From the human T2T-CHM13v2.0 reference genome, Homo sapiens, in the NCBI RefSeq assembly GCF_009914755.1, contig NC_060925.1: a DNA stretch of 64,000 nt; one strand, given 5' to 3'. Positions 29,593 to 42,127 of this stretch are shown here, one piece after another. The translations under genes and the position numbers were made by a program. A model generated the notes under the pieces. That model was not told the DNA's origin and made no database searches. It saw nothing but the letters and a program-made list of their open reading frames with translations. Within the stretch, counting starts at the first letter, position 1. The number at the start of each line of letters is the position of its first letter.

Positions 29593-29989
29593 TCCTAACA
29601 GCCTGACTGCAAAGCTTTCCCTTTTTCTGACACTTTATCTTCATTTTCACTTGTCCTTAGGTAACATTGCTGCAGTGCAGAGAGTGAGCTCCTTCTTGGT
29701 AGCAGGGGCTTCACCCCTTCCAGAAGAAAGCTACTGAAGGTTTAGTGATTAAGGCAGTTTCCAAAGAGTTAGTTATCCTTGATGATTATGTGCTCAATGC
29801 TCAAAGGCAGTTGCTAACATTCAGACTTTGAGGTCTAAAGTCCAAGTAAAGAGTCTACCCCCACCTTCTCCCTCTCCCTGACGTCAATTCCACCCCCTTA
29901 AATTGCTACAACATGGAATTAAGATATATAGTTTTATTATTTGTTGTGCTTAATGGAAAAGCTTTAGGATTTCTGAGTTTAATTTAAAA

Positions 29990-31075
29990 AGCAGATGGTC
30001 ATAAGCAACAAAAGAAACAAATATATAAATTGGACTTCATCAAAACTAAAAATTTTGTGCTTCAAAGTACACTATCAAGAAAGTGAAAAAATAAGCCAGC
30101 ACCCATAATCCCAGCTACTCAGGAGGCTGAGGCAGAAGGATCACTTGAGCCCAGGAGTTCAAGGCCAGCCTAGGCAACACAGAAAGACCCCATCTCTAAA
30201 ATAATAATAATAACAAAGAAAGTAAAAAGACAAGCCAATTAAATATGGGCAAAGAATTTGAATAAACATTTTTTCAAATAAAATATACACATAGCCAACG
30301 TGCACATGAAAAGTTGTTCAACATCATCAGTCATTAGGGTAATGCAAATCAAAACCAGAATGACACATCACTTTATATCCACTAGCATGGCTATAATTTT
30401 TTAAATGGACAATAACAAGTGTTGAAAAGAATGTGGAGAAATCGGAACTCTCATGCATTGTTGGTAAAACTGTAAAACAGTATGGCTGCCTTGGGAAACA
30501 GTTTGGCAATTCCTCAAAAAGTTAAATAAAGAGTTACCATATGACCCAACAATTCCACTCCTAGGTATATATCCAAGAAAATTGAAAACTTGTGTCCACA
30601 TAAAAACTCATACTCAAATGTTCATAGAAGCATCATTCATAATTTCCAAAAAGTAGAAAGAACCCAAATGTTCATCAATTGATGAATGGATAAACCAAAT
30701 GAAGTATATCCACACAATGGAATATTATTCAGCCACAAAGAATGAAGTACTGATACATGCCACAACATGGATGAACCTTGAAAACATTATGCTAAATAAA
30801 GAAGTCAGATATTAAAGCCCACATATTGTATGATACCTCTTATGTTAAATTTGCCAGAATAGGCAAATCCATAGAAACAGAAAGTAGACTAGTGGTTGCC
30901 TGGGGCTGGGAGGAGGGAAAAATGGAGAGTGACCGCTTAATGGGTATAAGGTTTATTTTAGGGTGGAATTAGATAGTGATGATGGTTTCACGACTTTGTG
31001 AATATAATAAAAATCACTGAAATGTGCAACTTTAAAGGGTAAATTTTATGATATGTGAGTTATATCTCAATAAAA
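29990..31075 (+). mobile_element. L1MB-like 3' end containing an Alu monomer (FLAM-like, 30094-30212)
   Basis: ORF2 3' and 3'UTR motifs ending tatatctcaataaa; monomer TSD aagaaagtgaaaa / aagaaagtaaaaa. Confidence 0.88.
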
Positions 31076-31472
31076 ACATTTTTAAGCTGCTGAGTTGAAT
31101 ATTTTACATTTCCCTAAGGAGACAAAACCACTTCAATTAAGGTGGCTTATTAAGTGACTTTTGACTGATTTCCTCCCCCCCACGTCCATGGTCTTTGATA
31201 ATATTAAACTGCCTATCTTTGGTCTAAGAGGCTCATATTTCAGATACTTCAGGACAGAGACGAGATTAACTAAAGTCACTGAAGCTTTCGTTTAGGGGAG
31301 AAAAGAACACAGCTAGTTGTGACCCAGTGAAAAGCCAGATGTGGCATTAAGGACAATCAGGAGAACAGATCAGTCAACCAGAAAACAGAAATACTAGTCT
31401 GTCCTTCCTGTTAGAAAATGAGTTCAACATCAGGGCTTAGAGGACAATCCAAAAGACAAAGGTCCTCTGGCC

Positions 31473-32013
31473 AAAGCTTGGTCCAGCACTTTGGATCCAT
31501 TTCCATCGGTTCTTACAGTCAGTCATCAGACCCCAACAGTCAAAGTGGTGAAGCAGAAGAGCAAGTTTGCTTTTCAGGAAGGCTCGGATGCTACAAGAAT
31601 AAACTTGTAGTTGACTTCTCAGCCACATGATGTGGGCCTTGCAAAATGATCAAGCCCTTCTTTCATTCCCTTGCTGAAAAGTATTCCAGCGTGGTGTTCC
31701 TCAAGGCAGATGTGGATGATTGTCAGGGTAGGATGTTTGCTTCAGAGTATGAAGAAATGCATGCCATCTTCCAGTTTTTTAAAAAGGAATGAAAGGTGGG
31801 TGGGCTCCAGTTTTTGGAGCTAATAAGGAAAAACTTGAAGCCACCATTAATAAATTGGTCTAATCATGTTGTCTGAAAACATAATGAGCCATTGGCTATT
31901 TAAAACTTGTAGTTTTTTTATTTACCAAAAAAATGAAGTATGGAGACTGTATACCCAGCTGCCATCTGATTATAAATGACAAACAAATATTAATTCTACC
32001 CTCTAAAACAAAA
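31473..32013 (+). pseudogene. TXN: Processed pseudogene of thioredoxin (parent TXN; possibly TXNP3)
   Basis: Intronless copy with the TXN 5'UTR (ttggatccatttccatcgg). The decayed CDS at 31545-31863 has ATG->GTG, frameshifts, and the WCGPC Trp codon changed to TGA (31628-31630). It still reads [23 protein letters not shown] and GANKEKLEATIN. 3'UTR and A tail are present; degenerate TSD aaaggtcctctggcc / aaaagttatctggcc. Confidence 0.96.
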
Positions 32014-32199
32014 AAAAGTTATCTGGCCTTATAGGAATAATTCTATCCTGATCTGAGGCCAGTGCCTAGTCCAAGTTGTGAAACTAGATTAAACCACAAA
32101 CCTCAAGAAAGGATCCAAGACTACGAAGCATCACGTCTTCATAATGAACAACTGATATGGCTCATTAAGTTTATGAAATGGTCATGTCTTCTTTAAAAA

Positions 32200-33575
32200 A
32201 AAAAGAACTAATGACCCACACATATATATACAACTGATTTTTGACAAAATTGCAAAGGCAACTCAGTGGAGAAAGGATAACTTTTCAACAAATGGTGCTG
32301 AAATTATTGGATATCTTATCAAAAATAAAAATAAGAAGTCTCTCTGAGCATGCTCTGGCTTAAGAGGCTGGCCAAAGATAAAAAGATTAAATTAAATTAA
32401 AAATAAATAAAAATAAACTTCAATCCACACATTTTACTACATACAAAAATTAATTCAAAATAGATCATAGATCTAAATGTAAAACCTAAAACTATAAAAC
32501 TTCTTAAAAAATAGAAGAAAAATTTGTGTGAACTTGAGTTTCAGGTAAAAATTTCTCAGCTAAGGCACCAAAAATACAATCCATAAAAGAAAAAAATGAT
32601 AAATTGGACTTCATCAAAACTAAAAATTTTACTCTTTGAAAGACACTGCTAAAAGAATGAAAAGACAAGCCACACACTTGAAAAGACTCTTTGCAGAAGA
32701 CGTTTCTGATAAAGGTCTTATGTCCAGAAAATATAACAAACTCTAAAAATCCAACAAAAGAAAGCAACCGATTTTTCAAATGAGCTAAAGGTTTGAACTG
32801 ACACTTCAACAAAGAAGATAGTTGGAAAGTAAGAACATGAAAAGAGGTTCAATATAATTAGTCATTAAGGAAATGCAAATTCAAACCATAATGAGGCACC
32901 ATACAGACCTATTGGAATGGCTAAAATTTTTTAAATGGCCATACAACTGTTGGCAAAAATGTGAAACAGGTGGAACTTTCATGGTACAACCACTCTGGAA
33001 GACAGTTTGGTAGTTTCTTTAAAAGTTAAACACATACGAAACATATTCCAAGGTATTTACCCAAAAGAAAAGATAGCGTAAGTTCAGAAAAGATTTGTAT
33101 AAGATTCATCATAGCAACTTTATTTGTAATAGCCAAAAAATAGAAACAACCCATTTGCCCATTCATTGTAAAATGGAGAAACAAATTGTGGTGTATCTAT
33201 ACAGTGGAGTATTATTCAGCAATTAAAAAAATGAACTATTGATATGCAGAAAAATGTGAATGAGTCTGTAATTATGCTAAGTGAAAGACTCTTGAAAAAA
33301 GGAGTACATATTATATGATTCCATTTATATAAAATTTTTAGAAATACAAACAAATGTATAGTGACCGAAAGCATATCAGTGGTTGCCTGAGGCTGGGGGA
33401 AAGGGGCAAAGTGGGTAGGAAAGACAGATGGCAAAGGGATACAAAGAAACTCCAGAGGATGATGAGTATGTTCACTGTCTTGATTTTGGAGACGATTCTG
33501 GGGATGTGTTTTAAACTCATGAAATGGTAAACTTTATGTGTAGTTTACTGTATGTCAGTTACACCTCAATAAAGC
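32200..33575 (+). mobile_element. Old L1 (L1MC/MD-like) ORF2 3' region and 3'UTR
   Basis: caactgatttttgacaaa...ttggacttcatcaaaactaaaa...acacctcaataaagct. Confidence 0.85.
32335..32404 (+). mobile_element. Short polyadenylated LTR-derived (MER57-like) retrocopy inside the L1
   Basis: 41-nt body gaagtctctctgagcatgctctggcttaagaggctggccaa, A-rich tail, 12-bp TSD aaataaaaataa (32323-32334 / 32405-32416). Confidence 0.6.
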
Positions 33576-33620
33576 TAGAGAGACAGAAAAAAAAAGAAAG
33601 AGACAGAGAGAGAGAATTCA

Positions 33621-33897
<277 letters not shown>

Positions 33898-33898
33898 G

Positions 33899-34350
<452 letters not shown>

Positions 34351-35109
34351 TTACTAGAACACCTTTCTCTCACCTTATTGCTGTTGACTATCAACATATT
34401 TTTCAAGCCCAGCTCAAATCTAAACTAATCCCTGAAGCTTTCCTTGTCTTCTCCAGGCAGTTAGTTTGTGGCTCAGTCTGTGCTTTCCCAGCAACTGGGA
34501 ATCCAGTAATATATCCCCCTTGATATTCTAGGATGTAAGATTTGTGGTTTCAGCTGTTCCCAAAAGACCATAAAGGTCCCCCAACTTGTACTGATTTGTC
34601 ATTTTACTGAGGCACAAATTTGATTCCAGCCAGCTATGAAGTCCCTACAGAGAAGGAGTAGATGAGATAGTGAGTAAGACGAGCCCCCACCTACCCCCAA
34701 GACTTCATAACCCAAACCAACTTTGTTGGCATCTGCTTAACATAACAAATTTTAATTTTTCTTTTATGAGGAATGGACTGCCCACCCCACCCCCAACGGA
34801 AAAAAAAACTATCATCTGGTGATGGAAATGATGAGTGAGTGAAACAGTCCAAAAATGGAATGGTCCTTAGCCAGAAAATAGCTTTATAAATTACTTTAAT
34901 CTTGTATTAAGAATCTGGAAGGGTCACTTAAAAATCTTAGTTGTACTTCACAGAATTTTATGGGGAGAAGTTATATACTACAGCGAAATTAACTGGATTA
35001 GAAATTTGAAAAGGCTTTGGGCCTTGCCCCTCAATAATGTTAAAAGTTCCCAGTAGCTCTAGTGAGTACTCATCACATTGCATTATAATTATGTGTTTAG
35101 CTATCCATC

Positions 35110-35500
35110 TAGCCTAAGAAGCAGTCATCTACGCCCTAGAGCTACATCATCTGGGTTCAGATCACAGTTCACCTAATAACCAACTTGAACAGGTTACTTA
35201 ACTTCTAGGTGCCTAGATTTCTTCATCTTTAAAATAGTAAAATAGTACCTAACTAATCACATTAATTTTGAGTATTAAATATGGCAATACATAAAAAGCA
35301 CTTAAACCAGAGTCTTACCCATCAAAAGTGATTGATAAATGCTAGTAACTAGTTTAAGAGTTTGCTCAAGGGCAGAGTTTATGTCTTAGGGAGCTTTTTT
35401 AAAATGTGTAGTTCTCCAGAGGCTTAATGCAGTGGCTTATGCACATACTACGTGCTCAATGAGAGCTGAAAGAATGAGTGAATGAGTCAGTGAGTAAATG
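35110..35500 (+). mobile_element. MIR followed by an L2 3' end
   Basis: aggttacttaacttctaggtgcctagatttcttcatc; gtgctcaat...gaatgagtgaatga. Confidence 0.65.
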
Positions 35501-35732
35501 AGTTATGGCTCTGCCACTTTGTCCGTAAAGTAGAAATTGCTTTATTCTAGTATAATAGCGGCATTTTGGCTTGGCTGGTCTGGTATTCGGACATAACTAA
35601 TTCTGGCCAACATTCTCACAACTATCAAATCCACTACTGCAACCAATTTGCAACTTTTGAGAAACATGGTGCTATGATTGAGAGTGAGTAAGAGGAGCAG
35701 AAAGGACTGACGGAGGGGCAAAGCTTTACCTC

Positions 35733-36126
35733 TGACATGGTTTGGATGTGTGTCCCCTCCAAATCTATGTTGAAATGTGGTCCCCAATGTTGGAGGTGGT
35801 TCATGGCGGAGATGTCTGGGTCATGGAGGTGGATCCCTCGCCAATGGCTTAATGCTGTCCTCACGGTAATAAGTGAGTTCTCACTTTATTAGTTCACATG
35901 AGAGCTGGTTGTTTAAAAGAGCCTGGCATCTCTCTCTTGCTCCCTCTCTCACCATGTGACATGCCTTCTGCCATAAGTAAAATCTTCCTGGGGCCTCACC
36001 AGAAGCTGAGCAGATGCCACCACCATGTTTGTACAGCCTACAGAATCATGAGCAACATAAACCTGTTTTCCTTATAAATTACCTAGTCTCGGGTATTCCT
36101 TTATAGCAATGCAAAATGGACTAACA
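35733..36126 (+). mobile_element. MSTB-like MaLR solo LTR
   Basis: tgacatggtttggatgtgtgtcccctccaaatct...ggtattcctttatagcaatgcaaaatggactaac. Confidence 0.9.
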
Positions 36127-36229
36127 CCTGTTGACCATGGTGGAGAGATGAGGAATAGAATCTGCCAAAACTGTTCAAGAGATGCAGACAGACAGAGCTG
36201 CCTTGGTATTCAGGTAGCACCCTTGCCCC

Positions 36230-36735
36230 CTGAAGTCTATGTTCAACCCAGCACCCAGTGTCATCCTTTTAAAATGTAAATTGGATCATGTCACTTTCCT
36301 ACAGAAAACCCTCCAGTGGCTCCTTGTCTCACTTGGAACAAAACCCAAAATCCTCCCAATGGCCTGGAAGGTCATGATCCAACCAGTGGTGCCTCTCCCC
36401 TCCCACCTCCTACCTTGCTCCTCCTTGCACTCTCCACTCTTGCCTTTCTGCTGGACACTGGCCTTCTTGGTGTCCCTCAGACACTCCCAGGAGACTCCTG
36501 CTTAGAGTCTTTGCACTTTGCTAGTCCCTCTGCCGGGTATGCTTCTCCCCAGAAGTTCATGGCTCACTTTGCCACTTCATTTGAATATCTGCATGAATAT
36601 CCGCTCCCTTCTCTGTCCACCTACCTAAAACTCCATAACTTTTGTGACTTTATCGTATGCATTGCTCTAGCACCAATACCTGGCCTAGTGCCAGGTACTC
36701 AATAAATACTTGTTGATTGATGTAGGTGAATAAAA
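36230..36735 (+). mobile_element. L2 3' region
   Basis: gatcatgtcact...aaaaccctccagtggctcc...actcaataaatacttgttgattga. Confidence 0.8.
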
Positions 36736-37259
36736 CCCCAGGAATCCACTTGGTTTTTGCTTCTATCTCCCTTCCAGGGCTAAGTCCTCCCCAAGTAGAA
36801 GCTTCTCCCTAGTAGTGAACTATCTGTGTCCAAACATAACTCCTGCACCCCCAGCAAAATAAGGGAGATAAAAATGTGTTATTGAAACAAAAAGGAGCTG
36901 CTGATTGTATAATCCTCTGGTGGGGAAACTCAGGGATCTTTGGCTTGACAAAATGAGTTTGCATTAGCCATTGTTTTCAGTGAAAGGTGTAAGGTATAAG
37001 GCGTTCAAAAAACAGAAGTCCTGATTACTGTGACTGTTCAACAACTTAAGTAATGGAAGGGAATGTGGTATGAAAAGAGAGAAAGAAAAGGAAAAGTCTA
37101 AATCATTCATGAGGCTCCCCCAGGGTGGGGTTCAAGAACATGCATTTTAACAAGTTCCCTGATCGATTCTTAAGCAACCAGCTTAAGACAGGTCCTTGGA
37201 AATGGGCTTAGAGATTTAGAAAAGGATGAGTTCACACATTATGATGGGAAAGACATGAG

Positions 37260-37480
37260 CCATTAAAGCCAAAAAGGCCTGGGTTCAAATCCTGCCATCA
37301 CTGCTTATTATGTTTGTAACCTTCTGCTATTCATACCTCTCAGATGCTGATGTTCAATTTCTAGTTACAATAGATAAATACATCTACCCTATTATACTGT
37401 TATGATGACCAAATTGAATAACATATGTAATGTGCCTGGTATATAGTAGTTATATAGATGGTATTTTGTTACTATTATTT
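37260..37480 (+). mobile_element. MIR
   Basis: cctgggttcaaatcctgcc...gtgcctggtatatagtag. Confidence 0.65.
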
Positions 37481-37929
37481 TTATGAATTCTGTTTTCTGA
37501 GCGCTTACAACCTCCCTAGAATGTTCTGTGGCAAATTGGCATTCTTACCCCTCACCCCACTATGTGACCTGACAGAAGTGAAAACATATAGTCAAAAGGA
37601 CCAATTCTTCTGCGAATAGGAAAATCTTCAGCCCATACCTTCCCTAGAGTTCCTCTTCTCTAGAATAGATCAAGGAACATATTTTTGCTCTTAACTACCC
37701 ATTAAGCATTAATAATAAATCCTTATATTTTTAGAGTCTTCACTCTACCAAGGCTTTCACATATATTTCCATTATCACTCACTCTCAGAGGTCCAGCAAG
37801 TGGCCTGTGTGCCCACAGCACTGGGACTTAAAACTCATAAACCCTGCGAACGTTCCATCAGATGACATTCCCCATCATCAAGATCTTCCCCTCCGCGGAG
37901 ACAATAGGGCTCTGGAGTAATGGTGGAGA

Positions 37930-38046
37930 ATGAGAAGGTAGCAAAGTCAATCTCCCAAGCTTGACTCTCCATGAGAAGGTAGCAAAGTCAATCTCCCAAG
38001 CTTGACTCTCCACGAGAAGGTAGCAATCTCCCGAGCTTGACTCTAC
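37930..38046. repeat. 41-bp minisatellite: two identical copies and one 35-bp variant
   Basis: Unit atgagaaggtagcaaagtcaatctcccaagcttgactctcc at 37930 and 37971; the third copy (38012) lacks aagtca. Confidence 0.95.
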
Positions 38047-38132
38047 ATACCGCAGGGATTATTCCATCCAAATCAGAGGGTGGCAGCAGCGCCGCGTTCC
38101 GCTCAAGGCTGCCAGCCTTCTGCGACTCCACA

Positions 38133-38146
38133 GCCCCACCTGCTGG
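38133..38146 (-). promoter_or_regulatory. CTCF-like motif within a CpG-enriched unique segment
   Basis: Minus strand CCAGCAGGTGGGGC matches CCASYAGRKGGCRS at 13/14 positions. Confidence 0.4.
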
Positions 38147-38699
38147 AGGCTGCCTTGCACACAGCCTGACAGTCCACAGCCCGCCCTGGACTACTGCTCT
38201 CCCTGAGTCCCAGACGCCACCCCTCTGGTAGGTACCAGTACAGGCTGGTAGCCTCAAACTTTGACTGAGAGAAGCATCTTTATTTCTTTCACAGTCTATG
38301 GTAAATCTTAATCTATTCTGTTGAAAGAACTCTTTGCTTTTTCTGAACTTCAGCTTCTCCCAAGTTGTAACCAGAGAGAGATTTCAGCTCTGGCTTTCCA
38401 GGCCCTCCTAGGGTGTTACACCGCAGAATAATAAGGCACTGACTCTGCCAGACGGAAAGAATTGGGACTTTGGAGAGAAAACTGCTATAGATTTCAGAAC
38501 TAGGGGGATAAAAGCAGCAGCACTCCCCAGGAAACACAGAAAAATGAAGTCTCAGAGAATCAAAGTAAGAAGCCACAAGAAATGGATTGTATTCAGCCAT
38601 TCACTTGGCTGTATTAAATGAGCACCTACTATGTGGCTGATACTGTGATACATGGGTGAAACAGTCTCTGCCCTTTAAGTCTTTTCACTGGGACTTTCA

Positions 38700-39930
38700 C
38701 TGTCACTGGGACACCACCTGTCTCCTAGCCATCTTCCTGTCAGTTTTCCTTCTGTGTTCTTGGTAACCTCATTCCACTAAAAACAAATTCTTCTATATCC
38801 ACAACAACCTGCAAGAACTTTCACTATACCTTCCTCCTCCTTACCGTAACTGAAGCCTGGCCTTGCCCCAAGGACACTGGTTCCCTTGCAGCCCTCTTAA
38901 GGGAAAGCTGCTCTTCCTCCCATGAGTTCTATTTTCCAGCCAAGAAGGGGGCACTTGGGGTCAGCAGTCTCCCAGCTTCCCCTGCCAGTTTTACATGATT
39001 ACTTTTCTACCTTTGTCAAAGTCCCCCTCATACCAAATGGTTCATTGCCCTCTACTTCTTCTGGCCGTCATTGACCCTGGCCCACAGAGGCTGAGGACTC
39101 CCCCATTTACCTTACACATTAACTCCCACCATCATCCTGAGACAAATTGCTGAACCCAATCCATCCCACACCCTAACCTTCCCCTAATCATTTCAAATAA
39201 CCTTCTGCTCTACTTACACTTTTCAAGGCCACAATTAGACCATTACTACCATAGCTCCACTGCCTCTCAAAAAATCTTTGGATCCTTTCACAGTTCATAA
39301 GAGTGATGACTGGGTTTTCACTTTCATGTGTAAGATGTGCCTCCCTGAAACCTTGTTACAACATTGGCACATTACCCATCTGATGTGGAAAAAAATGAAA
39401 CTTCAATATCCCACTTGAACCACAATCCTCCCAGCTCTATTCTCTTCCTCCCACTTTACCACTCCTTGGCCTCGCTGAGTTCCAGCCCTTTAATCCCTTC
39501 GTGGCCTCACAGTTTATCTTTACTTTCCCCTCAATTCCCAGGCTTCAGTCTTTTAAAACCCAAGCTAGACCTCTGGCCAACAACTTGAATTATTTCCCGC
39601 CAGCTCCCTCAATACCCGTGCTCCCTTTTCCCTCCACTCATAAGTGCTGGAAAACCCTGACTACAGAACCCAGTTCTACAGCTGCCCACGCTCGTCCTAA
39701 ACCTGGAGCTCCAAGTCCTGGTACAGAAAACTGTACACTCTGCCACAGATTTGTCTTTTGAGAGGTTCATGAAGGACTATTACAAATCCACCTCATTCTC
39801 CCCACCCCTCATCAGATAGCCTGTCCTCCTGCTTCACTGAGAAAATTAAATCCAAGAACTCTCAACTTATCCCCTTCTTTCATAAGTATACTTGCATTAC
39901 CCACCACATAGTCTTCTTGAACCCAGTAAA
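38700..39930 (+). mobile_element. L2 internal (endonuclease-region) fragment
   Basis: ctcctccttaccgtaactgaagcctgg encodes LLLTVTEAW, resembling the APE-endonuclease LALTETW motif; pyrimidine-rich composition typical of L2. Confidence 0.6.
39282..39385 (+). pseudogene. SNORD13: U13 (SNORD13) C/D-box snoRNA retrocopy
   Basis: Full-length match to U13 as recalled (atcctttcacagttcataagagtgatgactgggt...gatgtgcc...aaccttgttac...ggcacattacccatctga). Box C GTGATGA at 39303-39309, box D CTGA at 39380-39383, short A tail. Confidence 0.92.
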
Positions 39931-39940
39931 GACATCTACA

Positions 39941-40060
39941 AGCTGGGCACAGTGGCTCATGCCTATAATCCCCGCACTTTGGGAAGCCACTTGAGCCTAG
40001 GAGTTTGAGACCAGCCAGGGAAACATAGACTCCGTCTCTATAAAAATAGATAAATCAATA
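39941..40060 (+). mobile_element. Free left Alu monomer (FLAM-like)
   Basis: Left arm and A-rich tail; TSD acatctaca (39932-39940 / 40061-40069). Confidence 0.85.
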
Positions 40061-40077
40061 ACATCTACAGTGCTTTG

Positions 40078-40282
40078 TCTGGGTAACATAATGACACCCT
40101 ACAAAAAATAAAAAATTAGCTGGGTCTGGTGATGCACTCCTATAGACCCAGCTACCCAGGAAGCTGAGACGAGAGGATGTCTTGAGCCCAGGAATTTGAG
40201 GCTGCAGTGAGCCACATTCACGCCACTGCACTCCAGCCTGAGTAACAGAGCAAGGCTCTGTCTCAGAAAAAGGAAAAAAAAG
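40078..40282 (+). mobile_element. 5'-truncated AluJ
   Basis: Linker, right arm and A tail. Confidence 0.85.
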
Positions 40283-41356
<1,074 letters not shown>

Positions 41357-42114
41357 AGTAAGGAAAATGTTATACACACACACACCATGGAATACTACTC
41401 AACCATAAAAAAGAAGGAAATCACGTCTTTTGCAGCAACATGGATGGAATTGGAGGTCATTATCCTAAGCGAAATAACTCAGAAACAAGAAGTCAAATAC
41501 CACATGTTCTCACTTAAAAGTGGGAGCTAAACAATAAGTACACATGGACATACAGAGTAGAATAGCAGACATTGGAGACTACAGAAGGTGGAAGGGTGGG
41601 AGGGAGGGTGTATTAGTCCATTTTCACACTGCTATAAAGAACTTCCTGAGATTGAGTAATTTATAAAGGAAAAAGGTTTAATTGACTTACAGTTCCACAT
41701 GGCTGAGGAGGCCTCAGGAAACTTACAATCATGACGGAAGGGGAAGTAGGGATGACTTACATGGTGGCAGGTGAGAGGGAGAGGATGTGAGTGAAGGAGG
41801 AACCTGCCGAACACTTATAAAACTATCAGATCTCATGAGGACTCACTATTATGAGAACAGCATGGGGGAAACTGCCCCCGTGATCCAATCACCTCCCACC
41901 AGGTTCCTCCCTGAATACGTGGGGATTACAATTCAAGATGAGATTTGGGTGGCGACACAGAGCCAAACCAGATCAAAGGGTGAGGTCTGAAAAATTCCTT
42001 ATTGGGTACAATGTGATAGGTACACTAAAAGCCCAGACTATTTTTACTACGTAATATATGCATGTAAAAAAGCTGCACTTGTACCTCCTAAATATATAAA
42101 AATAAAAAATTAAA
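41357..42114 (+). mobile_element. L1MA-like 3' end hosting an MSTA LTR
   Basis: ccatggaatactactc...ctcacttaaaagtgggagcta; TSD taaaagagcatca / taaaatagcatca. Confidence 0.85.
41609..41975 (-). mobile_element. MSTA-like MaLR solo LTR
   Basis: tgtattagtccattttcacactgctataaag...acacagagccaaaccagatca; TSD gaggg/aaggg. Confidence 0.92.
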
Positions 42115-42127
42115 TAAAATAGCATCA

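Noticed and set aside
31628-31980. Selenoprotein (in-frame TGA beside CxxC)
   Set aside because: The TGA replaces Trp, not a catalytic Cys. No convincing SECIS stem (AUGA...AA...GA with pairing) is visible downstream, and the locus has typical pseudogene lesions.
37930-38046. CRISPR-like array (hairpin-containing repeats)
   Set aside because: Units are contiguous with no unique spacers, there are no cas genes, and the DNA is primate; it is a minisatellite.
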